A DNA stretch of 64,000 nucleotides from Styela clava (GCF_964204865.1 NC_135258.1:5828001-5892000); one strand, 5' to 3'; shown: positions 34,794 to 49,083, counted from the stretch's first letter. The notes: generated by a model not told the origin, from the sequence alone. Made by a program: numbers and translations.

Positions 34794-35585
34794 GTACTGT
34801 TTCAGTATTTGGTGGCGACTTGTGCCTTAAAATCCAGCAACGTATCTACTTTCTATACAATCATAATTCACAACATCAGACCCCGCTGATGTATAAGCCA
34901 TCTCTAGGGTTGCGCTGCTTTAACACACTTACTTAATGTTTGAGCTGATGAGAGCTGTTCTCATTGCCTATGCATGAACCTCTTTGTACAAAGCTATACA
35001 AGTTTTGGCGGCGCAATATGGAGGTAACTAATTTTGTTTGCCTACTTTACATCAAGTTGTATAAAGGGATTCATTACTATGGGCAGGGGGGATATTCACT
35101 TGGTTAACACAGACAGTCCCCAAACTCGTAATAGAACTAAAATAAGGAAAATCGGAATAAAATTAAGGCCTAACCCTAACCTGGTACACACACTACGGGA
35201 GTATCCATGTTTCTATGATTTTTTTATATAATTAAATTGGATTTCGAGTTATTTTAGTATTTGAACCTGGGTAAACATTCACTCTTATCCAGAATTTTGT
35301 TTAGCAGTGTTATAAGAATTCAGGTACTTGACTCTACTCGAGTCACTCTTTATTTATCAAAAACTGAAAGTATTGCTCGAGTAAACTGAATGGAATGAAG
35401 TTGGACTCAAGTAACCACAAGTGAGACATAACCCAGTGATTGACCCGACCTCAAATGACTTGACTCCCGAGTTTATGGACATCTAACCAGCACTGCTTGC
35501 TCTTCATTTAGTCTGCTCCCATGGCTTCGTTTTTTTGTGATATTATTTTTCTATTTTCTGTTAATGACCTGCTTTTTTATCGTAG

Positions 35586-35681
35586 GTCAGACATCGCTTG
35601 AGTGATGATTGGGCTTATGGAAATGATGTTGATGCCAGACCTTGGGATTTCCAACAAGAGGAGTGCACGCTTCGAGCTGAG
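35586..35681 (+). CDS. STRIP1: STRIP exon 4
   Basis: VRHRLSDDWAYGNDVDARPWDFQQEECTLRAE; ag/gt boundaries. Confidence 0.92.
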
Positions 35682-36364
35682 GTAGGAAAATCCATTCTTT
35701 TTCTTACATTGGTTCGCTTCCTTAGTATCCATAATGGTAAAAACCTGAGTATTGTTATAGATGAACGGGGGGTACTGCAGTAGTGTATGTGCCAGGTTAG
35801 GATTGTATATAATACATACGAGGAATATTGTTACTGATCTAACATTGAATTTTACCCAGTTAGGGTATGTACTGAGATTTATAGGGGGAAAAGTACAAAC
35901 ATAGGCGCAAATTAATAAAAACAGAATTGATTATAGACTCGATAAAAATTACTCGAGTCCAAAAAATGCGTGGATTTTACTCCAATCCGAGACCGGATCC
36001 GAATCTCGGCCCATCCCTACCCTCTACCCATAGGTTTCAGTCCCCTTACATACCTTGATGTAAAGTAGGCGAACAAAATTAGTTCCCTCCATTCTGGTAC
36101 GTATACTTCTGGAGCGCCGAGCAGGGAACCACAGGTGTTGAGAGTGCGAAGGGATCAATGGATCGTAAAAGTTTGAGACTGGACTGGACTAGAATATTTT
36201 CAATTTGACATACTTATTTGATACATCCCGCATGGTTGCATTTCATTTCCAGAGAATCACTGTGCAGTGCCTACTCTATGGTCTTATGGCATAGTTTGAG
36301 AAACGCTGTACTTCTGATTTGACTCTAATTCAACACAACCTACATGATTGCATTTCATTTCCAG

Positions 36365-36586
36365 GTGGAAAGATTCAACTTCAGAAGATACAAGACGGAC
36401 AGTCCGACTATTATTCCTCCAAATCAAGACCATGAACCGGTTGACAATGACCTTCACAGTGTCCTTGGAGAGAAATTTGACCTTCCAAATGAGTTTGTGA
36501 AAAACTATGATATCTGGTTGGAACGAGAAGTGTACTCTACAACTACAGATTGGGACCAGTTGCTTTCAATATCATGTGTGCAGTAG
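36365..36586 (+). CDS. STRIP1: STRIP exon 5 (terminal)
   Basis: VERFNFRRY...PVDNDLHSVLG...WLEREV...WDQLL then stop. Confidence 0.9.
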   Translation: MERFNFRRYKTDSPTIIPPNQDHEPVDNDLHSVLGEKFDLPNEFVKNYDIWLEREVYSTTTDWDQLLSISCVQ

Positions 36587-37560
36587 TGAAGATAACCTCA
36601 CTATTCTGGAAACATTAATCTTGGGTTTAAATCCCCTTCACCCAGTATGCTCCCCTGCTTTTCATTTTATAGAAGGGGGGTAATGTATTTGACAGGCCAT
36701 CTACATCTACACTGAAGAATATGCCATATTCTATATATTTGAATGAAACTATACTTAAGTTGGGAATTAAAGTTTGGTATCACACCTCAAAGTTAGGGGG
36801 GATGTTAGAAATTTTATAGGAGGGAGGGGTGTAGGGAAGCCACTGCCTTCACCTTAACCGGGGTAAAACAAATTGAATTGTAAATCTTGAAAAGGGAAAG
36901 TTTCCAGTCCTTTCAAACTACAGCAGCTTCTTACCTAACAGTGGTTGCTTGTTAAGAGCAAAGTGTTCAAAGTGAAGGGCATAAAAAAAAGTTTAAAACG
37001 TGTCTGGATGTTGAAAGGCTTGTTTTCATCATTTGATATTTTCGATTATTAATGAATGTGTTGATCTGTAGCGAACCCTGTATGTATTCTCTTTCCTCTA
37101 TGCGTGGTTTAAAGTGAAAGACATAAATGCGCATTCCGAAGAAAAGTTAAAAAAGACACGTTTTCTATCAGTTTATATATTTTATGATGAAAGTGTTATG
37201 AATTATGATACATAGAGGTTATTCTACATGTTATCTTTTCATATTTCCCAAGGCTTGAAATTCATTATTAGGGTTATAGATAAATTCTACATGACCGTCA
37301 GCTCTGAGCCGTCAAAAAGTTCAGTTTTTTCCGAACAGTTTTGAGTTTTTTGCTTTCAACACTGATGAAATTTGAAAGTATACCTCAAATATTAGATTTT
37401 TTTTTGAAAAGTAAAAAGTAATAATGGACCTGAATTAATCAGTGCTTTTGAGTGATTTCAGCATTTTCATAAATTCAAATTTTATTTTAAAATTTATTCA
37501 GTTTATTAGGTTGATTTTGATTCATGGTGAATGTAACCGTTCGATCATGTCTGTCTATTT

Positions 37561-37775
37561 CAGTGGTTCTAAAACTTTTTTAGTCGTGCCCATCTCAAAA
37601 ATAACTAACTGATACAAATAACAGATAGTAAGGCGAAATATGTTTTATTCAAAAAACACGTTGAAAGTATGTGAATGGAACGTAAACATCCAAACTAAGT
37701 AGGGCGAGTTCAAATCTAACAAATATTTTTATTCAGCTTCACGGCCCCTCAAGAACCCACTTATGAGAACCACTG
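37561..37775. mobile_element. hAT MITE
   Basis: cagtggttct/agaaccactg TIR; TSD gtctattt/acctattt; related fragment at ~26860-27071. Confidence 0.75.
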
Positions 37776-38539
37776 ACCTATTTGCTTGGCATTTGTAGTA
37801 CTTGGCGTAATTGATATAAACAATATGTTATATCTTCAACTCAACCAAGTAACTTACATGATGTGCAAAAATGATATTTTTGTAAAAATTTTAGAAATAA
37901 TTCAGAATATTTATTTGAAATGATTTTGAGCAGTTGAAGTCTCATAGTATAAATGAAATGCATACAATTAATATCTGAAAACCAATAATTTCACTATTTA
38001 TCGGAACTTTCCTGCATTCGGATCCAAAATTAGTCTTGTTTTTTTATTCACTGTCAAATCTGAAAGTTCAGAAAAGAGCCTTAACAATTTTTAGAAGTGA
38101 AAACTGTTGACTTACTCAAGAAAATATAATCTTTATTTGCATGTGCTTCAATCGATTGATCATTTTTTTAACATAAAATATTGTGCAGTTGGAACTTGTC
38201 TGATCGTCGTTTTGACTTAACTATTTTGAGATAATTGGCGGCAGCAGCAGTCGGTCTTTAATGTAATCTCGAGTAGTAAGCAGCATTAATTTGATTAGTA
38301 CGCTTCTCACCATCGAAAACAGAAGTTAAGATTTAAAATTTAAACCTTGGGTGTCGCTTTGGTTTCCTGCGGCTTCCCTTCTGCAGTAAAACTGTTTAAT
38401 TATCAACATCATCTTTTTACTGGTTGAAAAAAATTAACTTGACTTGATGAGACCACAGAATTAAAGTCATTCGAAAGTAATATGGACCTCCAAGTCGGGA
38501 AGTTCTGTGTTTGTTTTGATTGACCCAAGAGTTTGAAAC

Positions 38540-38879
38540 ATAGGATAGGATAGGATTTACATATTTATCCCGGGGGAGAGGAAAGCCGATAAGACGGCTT
38601 ATCCATATGGCGAACCACGGCCTCTCGTCCGGTTACCATTCCAAGTCGGGTTTGGGATTAGATTTACTGTATTGTTTGTTTTCGGAAGCATGGACTTGGT
38701 GGTGGAGGAAGCCGTAACCGACCAGCGGTTACGTGAACCACCCAACGACGGCGAGGAGTCCAGCAATCCTCTCGCACATAACCATCCCTGTATGGGATTC
38801 GAACCTGCGAACCCACGCAGAGTAGTTAGAGGTGCGGTGGCGAGCGTATTCCTAACGCTTAGCCCGTTGAGCCACATGC
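38540..38879 (-). mobile_element. tRNA-derived SINE, full length
   Basis: A box TGGCTCAACGG, B box GGTTCGAATCC, (TCCTA)n tail; several copies in the window. Confidence 0.88.
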
Positions 38880-41800
38880 TTGCAATTAGATATTTTTAAG
38901 AGGTTTGGGGAACTCAAAATCGCTGAGTTGTGGTTCATTCAGTGTGAGGAGACTCATCCGAAGGAAGACTTTCAAATAACAGTTTGATGGACTTGACTTA
39001 CGGAAGATCATTTTCAGGGAGTCTTTGAAATAGCAAAACACCCGGGTAAAATACAATTTGCCACTTATAGGTATATTGATCAAATCGGAATTTTACAAGG
39101 TTGCAGTAATAAATATAAATTAAACGTTGTTGATACACAGTGTGTTTTACCTTCAAATTCAAGCTGGTTTAACGAAAGTATGCAGTATCAATGCAAAATT
39201 GTATCATATTCTGATATTCACCCACCCCCAGTGTTGTGAAATTTACAATGACACGAGATTCTGAGTTTACCACTCAAGTGGGTTCGTCATGTAATTCCTT
39301 TCATCCCCCAGGATAAATACAAAGATCCTTCTGAATACCCGGGAACAATTGCAGTGTTATAAGCAACAAAGGTTTCACTTTCTCTTGAATTCAACTCATT
39401 AATTATTCAACAAGAACGTTACGACACAGACTCTCCAATAAGCTATTTGTGGAATTAATTTTCAAGGACAAGAGGGCTTAGCGAGTTCCGATACTAATTT
39501 TAATTCCGCCACACCAGTATTTTGAAAGCATTATGGTGATTATGCACTTTGAGGGGGTGCCAGGTATTCTTATAATGAAAATGTGACACTAAAAACCAGA
39601 CCAATTCTCAGCAATTCGTTCGCAATATTATTTTTCGACTCATTGCAAATAGATTATGGTTTGAAAGTAATTATCAGTTTATATAAATAGTCAAATGTTT
39701 AAAATACACGAAATTCGCAAGAATTAATAGTAAATAGTTTTCGAAAACAAATCTGAATCTTTGGAATTTGTTTGGCTGTACGCAGCCATATAAATGAAAA
39801 ATAACGATCTTTTATCAGTTGAGAAGGAAACAATAATATAAGAACACAGTGACCCCCCAGAAACGGAACACATGTAATATGTTCCAGCACATTTATAGGG
39901 TTGAGTTTGGTGATTTGAATAATTATAATACAAACATTTCTCTCCTACTTGACCTAAATTCATTTATTCTTGTGTATAACAACATCTATAATTTGTTTAT
40001 CCTCAAATTAATTTTGAAGTTACGTATAATGGTCATCATTGTCAGAAACTCACATTGGGTAGCAGAAAAATTGACACCCCACTGTTTGCATGAGCTTCAC
40101 TATAAAAATTTACACATCTACCAGTATACGAAGCTTTTCATAACAAGTCAAATTATTCGATTTAATAAAAGTGCCGAAAACGGGCATCATCGTCAGAAAC
40201 TCGCCAGAGCAGCAGAAAAGTTTGAAATGTCCCTGTATGCATGGATGGCTAATTAGCCCCACATCTTACTGGACATGGTCAGATGTCTCGTCAACTTTCT
40301 TCCACTGAAAGAGCAGTCACAACAATCAAATATTCAAAACATAAACGCCATTTATTATTGAAATAAGTTAAAACTACACAAAGTCACTGATGTGTTCTAT
40401 AAAGCACCTATGAATATCTAAAAGCACAAAGTATTTAAAAACCTAGAGACGACAACAACTAAAAAGGTAAAGTCGGTATTTTCTAAAATCAGGGATGTCC
40501 ATATTTTTTAGTACTTGCTTGAAAACCAAGTAATATTAGGTTTGTGCATCATTAAGACTTGTCAGATTTTAAATTTTACAGATTAAATACAGCTAATGCT
40601 AATTTGAATTGATTTCTATCCATGTATTTGGTTTATGGTAGAGGACACTAATGGGTCAATGGCCCTTTCATTAATGAATAAACAATTTGTTGAGAGTGCT
40701 GTAATATAGTCCAGTTCGAATTCAGAATACGAACTTCTTTTCCAATATCCTAAGAATTATACATTTGATTACACACATTGTATTTTACATTTTATGACCA
40801 AAATTGGCAATTTGTGCTAATGAAATGTTTTATTGAATGACAGGGTTGATTTTATTAAGAAAATGACCAATCGCCACATTTCTTCAGGGTACAGTATAGC
40901 CAGCAGTCTGAGCATCTGCTTGAAATGGGAATTGTGCTGTCAGTATATGTACATACGCAAAAAGTGGAAAAAACGGCATATTTTTTTTTCATGGAATTCT
41001 CCCTACACAGCTCCAAATTTATAAAAAAGTTCATAGAGTATAGTTCATAGAGTCTAAGAAAATATAGTCGAATATACTGGGAATGATTTAGTGTTAAAGT
41101 TTGGGTTTAGTCAACCATTTGAGCACCAAATCTAGGAAATTAAGAAAAACACGAATAAAAAAGGCTTCGAAAATCACCAGGTAAAACAGTGAGACATAAA
41201 ACTTTGGTCAGAAATTGAAAAACTGGCCGTCTAAAATCACAGAATGAACCAATAACATTCACGTAGTTCCAGGTGCTATCGCAAACTGTCAATTCGCTTT
41301 GATTTGTTCTCAGAATTTGACCAGAGTTATTATACCAGCGATATTAGCGAGGGTTGAACACAGAAATACAGCCTCGGGTATTCATGCTACTGTAAGAAGG
41401 TTCATGTAATGATAATAATTACACACAGTTCAACTCGCCAATTGAATAGCCTCTATAACTATATGGAGGAAATGTCTCCAGCCATGAAAAAAGGAAGTGC
41501 AATTTTTGATAGGATTTCTCCCGTACTTGTCCTACAATATTTTTACAATACATCCATGAGACCAAATTTGGTTCAAAACTATGCCAGACAGTTTAATTAC
41601 CCAAATGATGGTCCGCAGCTTATCAGCTATAGTTATAAGGTCCGATTTCGTTTGAAAATGATGCAAGATTGCTCAATCCTATTGGAGTGTTTCATTTAGT
41701 CAGACCATTTTGGTGTGAGAACATCTAATTATTCAGATGCATGTCTTACAATGAATTGAAATAATGGTAAACTACGATTTTGAACAGTGAGATATTTTTC

Positions 41801-42904
41801 AATTTCTGATCAAATATAACATCTATTTTTCTTTAAAAAATCAACTTTTAAGAAACTTAAAATCACAAAAATAAATGCAGCTTTTTATCAGAGGCAAAGC
41901 AAATATAAATCTACTAAAACACAACATCACAGTGAAAAAAAAATAAAACTTCAATAATGAAGCAAACAGGAGAAAATACAAAAATACAGACTCAATTTCA
42001 AGAATCAAAGAGCGTGTCAAATTCTCCATTAGAAATATTCAATATTATAGAATTTTGCAAGTTTTGAATTACATGAATGGAAAACTTTGCAAAAAACTGA
42101 ATTATTATGTGTGACAATTTTTTATTCAGTGAAACTTCATACAAATCTTAGTTTAACAGCAAAAAATGTGGTTTATAGAAAATAAATAAATCAATAGGCT
42201 ATATAGGCCTACTCGTATCAAGAATTGAGACTTGGTCAAGTCAAGACTGTGAGGGGAATAACTAGGAGTTTGTCCAAAAGTTAGACTAACATATCATATC
42301 TAATACTGTGAAATATAATGCTATTTATTTAGCAGATAGTTTCTTGAGAAAAAGCTTGTATTGATAATATTAAGAGGGTGTTCTGAAAGTGTGAACCAAG
42401 GCTTCTCAAACTTGGTCCTTCGATCTCCAAGTGGTACACAGAGCAAAGAGCAAAGACATTCTCAATTTACTATTTGAGATGGGTACTGTACATTAATTCA
42501 AAGTAGATTAACTTCAATTTGTCTAGTTCTTTGACTGTAAATTGTTTTACTTTTGTTTACTGGCTGTTTAATATTGAATGTGCCAAATAAAAAAAAGGAT
42601 AAAAACTAGACATTAGGTATTTTTATGAAAAATCAGGGCGCCACAGAGTGTCGAGAGTCTCTTGCTAGGGGCCACAATCATGAAAGTTTGAGGACCATTG
42701 GCATGAACCAAATCCCACTTTAGCTTGCTTAAATATATTACCGGTAGTCAATTCTACCTAAATGGGTACAACAGTTTAGTACCAAATTTGAAATCAATGT
42801 TCATTACACAATTAATCGAACACAGTATTGAAAATTTAATTTGGCTTGATTTTTTCTTTCCTAAATATTTTTAACAGTCATTGTACAAAATTGATCATGT
42901 TATG

Positions 42905-43942
42905 TTACTTATAGGTTTTATTATTCTTTTGTTTTTGAAGAGCGTGCTGTCGTTTTTGACGGTCGGCTATATTAGAGGAAATGGTGTTAGTTAGTGCAGG
43001 GAGAGATATTTTGACTTCCAAAGCAGAGCTTGCACTTTTGATTGACTTTTTACCAATCGGCTTCACTGGTATACGAGGTAATCTTGTATCAGAAAACGAC
43101 TCGTTATCAGCGAGTCCGACGGTTTTTGAAATATATGGCTCAGGTGTTGAATTTCTTGATGAAATACGCATGTCGTTACGGAGGCGAGACAATTCCGCTA
43201 ATTGCTGACAATTGACCTCATGAAGACGTTGAATTATCGTTTCACATTCGGACATCGATGGCACACGGGAAGTTTCATTTACTCCCTCACGAATTTGTAG
43301 AGGGTTAAGCGTTGCGTTTAAGGGCAATGGTGTAGAAAGACTACTTACAGAATACTTTCTTCTGTGTGCTTTGGTGCGTTCCCCGTCGCCAGAGCTGTGA
43401 CGTTCACCTGTATTTTTACCTTGAGATTGTAACATGAAAATTGCATGCTGCATTTCTTTATTTTTCAAAGTAGATTCCTGTAGAGCTTGTTGTAAATCTT
43501 TAACTTCTTCCTGGAGAAGAAGAGTCTTGATGTCAGATTCTTGTGCTTGCTTTGAAGATGGAGGTAGAGGAGTGTTTCCTCTATGTGCAAGTAGCATTTT
43601 GAATTGTAATTCCTTGTTCTCCCGCTTTAGGAAGTCTAATTCTTCGTGTAGCTTTTTCAATGTGTTCGCATGTTGATCTTGTAGAAATTGAATACTTTTA
43701 TCGTAACGAAATGCGTGCTGTTGATTGCCTGTCGGCATTTTATCCAGAAATTTTACACCAACATTCCCAAGACTTGCATTGAAATCCATCATCGCTGCGG
43801 AATCCGTCGTAATTGTGGTGCCACCTGGTGGTAAAGGAATACGATCCCGCAAAAATGGTTTCGGATATCTCGACCGGTCAAGCGTAGAGACTCGAGACCA
43901 CGAAGGTAGGTTGCCAGGTGGCGGTAAAGCTGATGACGACAT
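42905..43942 (-). CDS. CCDC74: Coiled-coil domain protein CCDC74-like, ~345 aa
   Basis: CCDC92/74 coiled coil SIQFLQDQHANTLKKLHEELDFLKRENKELQFKML and C-terminal LPAL...RQKR..ALQK. The track start at 44014 is TTG; first ATG is 43942, after an acceptor at ~44001. Confidence 0.75.
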   Translation of the reverse strand: MSSSALPPPGNLPSWSRVSTLDRSRYPKPFLRDRIPLPPGGTTITTDSAAMMDFNASLGNVGVKFLDKMPTGNQQHAFRYDKSIQFLQDQHANTLKKLHEELDFLKRENKELQFKMLLAHRGNTPLPPSSKQAQESDIKTLLLQEEVKDLQQALQESTLKNKEMQHAIFMLQSQGKNTGERHSSGDGERTKAHRRKYSVSSLSTPLPLNATLNPLQIREGVNETSRVPSMSECETIIQRLHEVNCQQLAELSRLRNDMRISSRNSTPEPYISKTVGLADNESFSDTRLPRIPVKPIGKKSIKSASSALEVKISLPALTNTISSNIADRQKRQHALQKQKNNKTYK

Positions 43943-44236
43943 TGCGTCTTTGGTTCGTACACTTTTTTTGTATACAAATGTTTTTTTAATTCTACATCTT
44001 CTAGAGATGAACAAATGGAAATAAATTTTATAAAGAATGAATCAAGTGACAAATAATATTATAAATAGTTGAAATCAGAAAAATGGAGAATGGTACTTCA
44101 ATATTCAATAGATATATTGTTTGAAAATACAAATGATTGAAGTGATAATCGCCATTTCTGAAAGTCAAACATTTTTTTCCTTTTTGAAAATAAAATCCTA
44201 ATTTTGTTACAAAATCGATCCATTAATTGTAATATG

Positions 44237-44444
44237 TAGGGTGTCCATAAAATCTTAAATTTTTTTCAAATTACAAAGGGAATTTATCGATACCATGTAT
44301 TGTCTTGTCCCTCACATATGCATTGAATGAAGTAAAAATACTTAAACAATTACTGATTTAAATACAACAAACCTGGTTAAGATATATTGAGAACTGACTT
44401 CATAACAATACTGAAATCGGAAGGGACTTTATGGACACCGTGTA
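44237..44444. mobile_element. Tc1/mariner-like MITE
   Basis: ggtgtccataaa / tttatggacacc TIR with TA at the flanks. Confidence 0.65.
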
Positions 44445-45969
44445 CGTTATCCAATAACTGGTACATAAATACTGTAAGCATTTCATATATATTCACAAAT
44501 GTTGATACAAAATATTACATTGTAATGGAAATTAGTAAGGCACTGTAAATTGTGTTTTTCACGGAATTATTCTTCTCAATTAGGGAACAAGCACTACAAT
44601 TTCAGTCTTATACAGACACCCTGGTGACAAGATGCTTACTTGTAAGTGATTAGCAATCATTGATCATGCTTGAAGCCACATCATGAAAAAATGAGAGTAA
44701 TATATGTACGGGTGTAAGAGTATATTTTAGTAATGCCAATCATTTCGATAATATTCATTAAAGTTCTACAAAATGGAAAAATATTGAGTGGCACAAGGAT
44801 TTATTGAAACAAAAATCATCCCAGAAATCTCAACTAAGTTCAGTTCTAGATATCAGGAATAGCTTCAATGAAAAAAACCAGGATACAGATCATACTCATC
44901 TTGATAAACAACACTCAACATAAGACTGAGAAGTCAATGTTATTAAGTTAAAAGAAACTACAAAATGATTGTTTAACAGTGGGAATAGAAAATCCGGTGA
45001 TATTCAACTTTTAATAAAGGAGGGCCAGATACAAATAACTGGGTGGACCGCACCTCATTTAATAAAGGCTTTCTAGTAGTCGGTTATTGATCTTATGACA
45101 TGAGTCTTTGCAACGCGAAGGGATTGGGATAACTTGCACATACCAGATTAAACTAAATTAAAAACTTACGTCGCGAGCCGCACTTCATCCAAAATTGGCA
45201 CGCCTACGCGAGCCACATTTGGCCTGCGGGCCCGCAGGTTGCACACCCCTGTTCTAAGACATTCTACAAGTTTCTGAATGTTATTTTGCATGCTCTTATA
45301 TAATGATGCCAAAGCCCTTTAACATATACAATACATACTTTATTGTCAAATGGTGATGGCAGGTAAACAATGCCCACTTGGCAGTTGTAACCTGTATAAG
45401 CCTTATCACAAGATCTCAAAAATTGGAAGGTGATGAAAGGCTTACATGAAGTTATCTTGGCGTCTAGTAATTACGGTGACTACTGGGTAAATTTTTTCCA
45501 AATAAAATTGATTGTTCTTATTTGATTTTGATTCTCAAATAAATCAATTTTTATCATAAAGAAATCTATCATGAATGGAAATTTCGATATTCAACCTTTC
45601 AAATGTAGGTTTTAGAAAATAGTATAATATTGCACACCGTTTATGATTTATCAATCCTTCGAAGTACAAAACATGATAAAATATTCAAGTTCAAGTTGAC
45701 AATTACTGAAAAGGGTGTAAATGGTAAACAATGATAATTCTGAAACGGGTAATATGATTTTACAAGGGGGATAAACAGCCCAATGTCCCTAACAAACCCT
45801 TATTTTCTGAAGTTTAGACACCTTTTTTAAACCAACTTTACATTTTCGCACTTTTCAGTACCCATCAAGAACCCCAAATATTTCTAATCAATATTTGCAT
45901 TTCAGAAATAATTACCATAGACATTAATTAAAGATGATATAATTTAACATTAATCCAAAATATTTTTAA

Positions 45970-46569
45970 TCATTTAATGTTTCTTAGGATCCTACGACAA
46001 TGATTTGACTTCATTTCATTAAGAGCTTCTTCCAGTGTTTTAGTCATATGGACAAGATTAACCACGTCAGTCTGGAGCATATAATCTTTTTGTTCTTTAC
46101 CATCGAAAGTTGAGATCTTTAGGTAGATGATAGGCGTAATCTGGTTATGCAAAGCGCGGCTTGCAATTTTTATATCAAACCTCCAACTCAGGTTTCTATA
46201 TACTGGAAGAGACGGCATCGTTTTAGATAAAATACCTTTAGTATACTTGTAATGATTCAAGTATAATTCTGTCAGGATTTTACAAATATTTTCAGAAAAC
46301 CCAATCAGTAATAACGAATCATGAAAATCTGTTTCATCCAAGTTGAATTTTGTTCCCTCTGTGAATAACTGCATCAAACCTTGTACAGCATTCTCAATAG
46401 TATCCACACTTTCGTTTAGTTTTTGTGCGGCAGTGCTAAATGTCTTTCTATTGATTCCATTCTTTAAAAACTCTACTGAAATTAAAGCAAAATTTTCAAC
46501 AATATCATCTTCGCTGTTAATCAGATATTCCAAATGATTTCGGTGATCTTGGGAGATTGTCAATAACAT
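45970..46569 (-). CDS. COMMD2: COMM domain-containing protein 2, 199 aa, intronless
   Basis: MLLTISQDHRNHLEYL start; COMM domain LSWRFDIKIASRAL...LQTDVVNLVHMTKTLEEALNEMKSNHCRR. The track start at 46578 is GTG; ATG is 46569. Confidence 0.92.
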   Translation of the reverse strand: MLLTISQDHRNHLEYLINSEDDIVENFALISVEFLKNGINRKTFSTAAQKLNESVDTIENAVQGLMQLFTEGTKFNLDETDFHDSLLLIGFSENICKILTELYLNHYKYTKGILSKTMPSLPVYRNLSWRFDIKIASRALHNQITPIIYLKISTFDGKEQKDYMLQTDVVNLVHMTKTLEEALNEMKSNHCRRILRNIK

Positions 46570-48699
46570 GATTCTCACTAGTTACATTTAAAGGTTACTG
46601 TTAGTAAGTAATAACAATTTCTAAATTAAATTAAAAAATAGTATGGTTGATTAAAAATGGGGGCGAATATATTTCTCACATTCAGCTATCTGTTCAGTTC
46701 AGGATGAAAAATGATAATATAAGAGGTCTTGAATTGTACTAATAGAATTTTTTTTTATCCACATAATAATAAGCGTGACCTGATGAAGAGATCGCAGAGA
46801 CTCGAAATTGCTTCACAGTGCTAAGTGTTAGAAGCACGCATTTACCTGCGTTCGTTAGAGTCCTAGGCACAGTTCTCTAAACCTGACAGCGCATTTGTTA
46901 AAAGGGTTTTCAACTGGGTGGTATAAGTGGTAATAAAATCACTATTTTCAAATATTAAATCATAGAATATTACTGTATTATCAATATTTTCATTAATTCA
47001 AAATAATTTTATCCCTTTCTCACTTGATTTTATGAATTAGATTCAATTGGTATGGATCCAAATCCCCCAAAATATAGAAACCAATCCATTTTATTTTAGC
47101 CACTTTGGTATAAAAGAAAACAACACTATACGGACAAAAAAAATGCAAAGATCCTGGAAGACGAGCATAACTCAAGAAAGAGTTAAAAGCGTACGAGTAC
47201 GCGCCCGTCCACCAAAACAGTTGAAGCACACAACAAAATAAACCTACACAATACTGCAATACAAAATCGGGCAATAACTTTGAAATCAATTTAACACGTG
47301 AAAACACTGATCAAAAGAAGAACATGGCAGATAATGTCAATAAAACAATATAAAACATGCAATCACAAAATCATGTGAGGTTCGGTATCAAAATTACAGA
47401 TTGTCAGTTTTTGTTACCAGGCGATGGTTTCCTCCGCCATTCAATTCCATGCATACCTGCACACTGCATATAGATGATAATTTAGAAAACTATTCTCATA
47501 CCCGATATAGACTAATATAGTAACCGGCAAGGGGTGCAGACTTGTTATATCTTTGTAATGAAGACGTCTTAATCTTTGTACAGTCTTTTCTTACGCTTGG
47601 ATAAATATAAAAATATGCGATTAGCCAAACAACAGTAGATGCTTCCTAACTTACGGACAACCATTTACGACCACCTGACCTTGCTCATTTTCAAAAACTC
47701 CTATGACCTAGCCTAATTTATTACTTCCATTCCTCAGCAAAAAGTAACAGCAAATTAAAATTTTCCATCTTTACGACAGAAAGAGAATGACTCTCGTACG
47801 CCACTGGTGCTTCCGCGGAAGCTACGCAGAGCGTTGCCCTGCCTACGGCTGCAATTATTGTAGATGCCAGATTGTTGGCACAAGTATTGTGGCCTTTTCT
47901 CTATGGATATTTCGCTGTCAAATTGAAACTTTTTTTTTATATTGTACAATTTACCAAAAAATGTATTACTGTAATTTTTTTACTAGGTCTAAATCAGTTT
48001 GATTTTGTATTTGCCTCAATGTACACAAAAGCTAGCTATCGCCCGCCTTCACTTTACTTCAAATAATAATGGAAATGGCGATTACGTGACATTAAAACTA
48101 TGTCTTTCCAGATATATTTTTGACTTTTGGAAGTAATTTACGAATGAAAATTTGCAAAAAAATTTTGCAATACAAGACGCATTTGAAGACGCTGCTTTGC
48201 AACGCCGATTCATTCAAATATGTAGCTAGAATGGTACAAAAGTATGGTATACCTCACCCATAGTATGCCATAATTGTGTGTACCAAGTGTTTGTGAAAGC
48301 ATTCGGCACTCCCTTTAAAATTGTGATTCACATGAATAAATTTAAATAGCTGTTCTTAAGTAACTGTCATGAAATTATGAATGGATTTTAGTCATTGATC
48401 GGAAAATGAATTTTTCTTAGTCATATCGAATTAACCACTCGTCAATCGTTCCGTTCTTCTATCCTGTTCATTGTAGTACAATACAACACTGTTCAATGTT
48501 TTTATAAGGACACAACGAATAACACATTGTATATATTTGCACTTAAAAATGGGTTTGGGACAACTTTTTCAATAGCAATTAACCCGTTTTAGCGGCTATG
48601 GTCTTTTCGCAGTTCGATGCGATGCAATTTTCACCATGTAGGCCCATGGGAATTGAAATAATTGGGGACTTCCTCTACCAAGTTTTTTATCTGTAAATA

Positions 48700-48952
48700 A
48701 ACAAGAGAGCTGTGCTTAAATATATGAATACGTCATAAGGTGTCGCTATTTTTTATTCTGACACATAAAAAACGAATCTCTTGAAGTCCACAGAAATTTT
48801 TGAAATAAGTAAAAGTAATAGCCTTCTGGCAAAAAAAATCAATCTTTATCACTGAAAATTTCAAAGCACTTGGTACAGTATTCGAAGAGAAAGGCGAAGA
48901 AAAACAACAACAACATAATATTGAAACGATCGTTATGTACACTGACGTGTCC
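48700..48952. mobile_element. DINE-1/HINE-like element, internally deleted copy
   Basis: Shares both ends and the aaagtaatagccttct...cgatcgttatg block with 15973-16458. Confidence 0.65.
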
Positions 48953-49083
48953 GAAAATATCACACATAATAATACAATTTAATTGTTTGAGACTTTGTGA
49001 TTTGTTTGTTATAAAACTGGCTGCTGGAGTAATACACGCTCCACCTAAAAAGGAGGGGTTCATGTTGCTGGAGCAGCCTGTCA

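Noticed and set aside
38780-38879. tRNA gene
   Set aside because: A and B boxes are present but fused to a repeated body and tail, so it is a SINE head.
39849-40256. 135-aa ORF and other short track ORFs
   Set aside because: Non-ATG starts, low-complexity composition, antisense to real genes or inside repeats; no recognisable domains.
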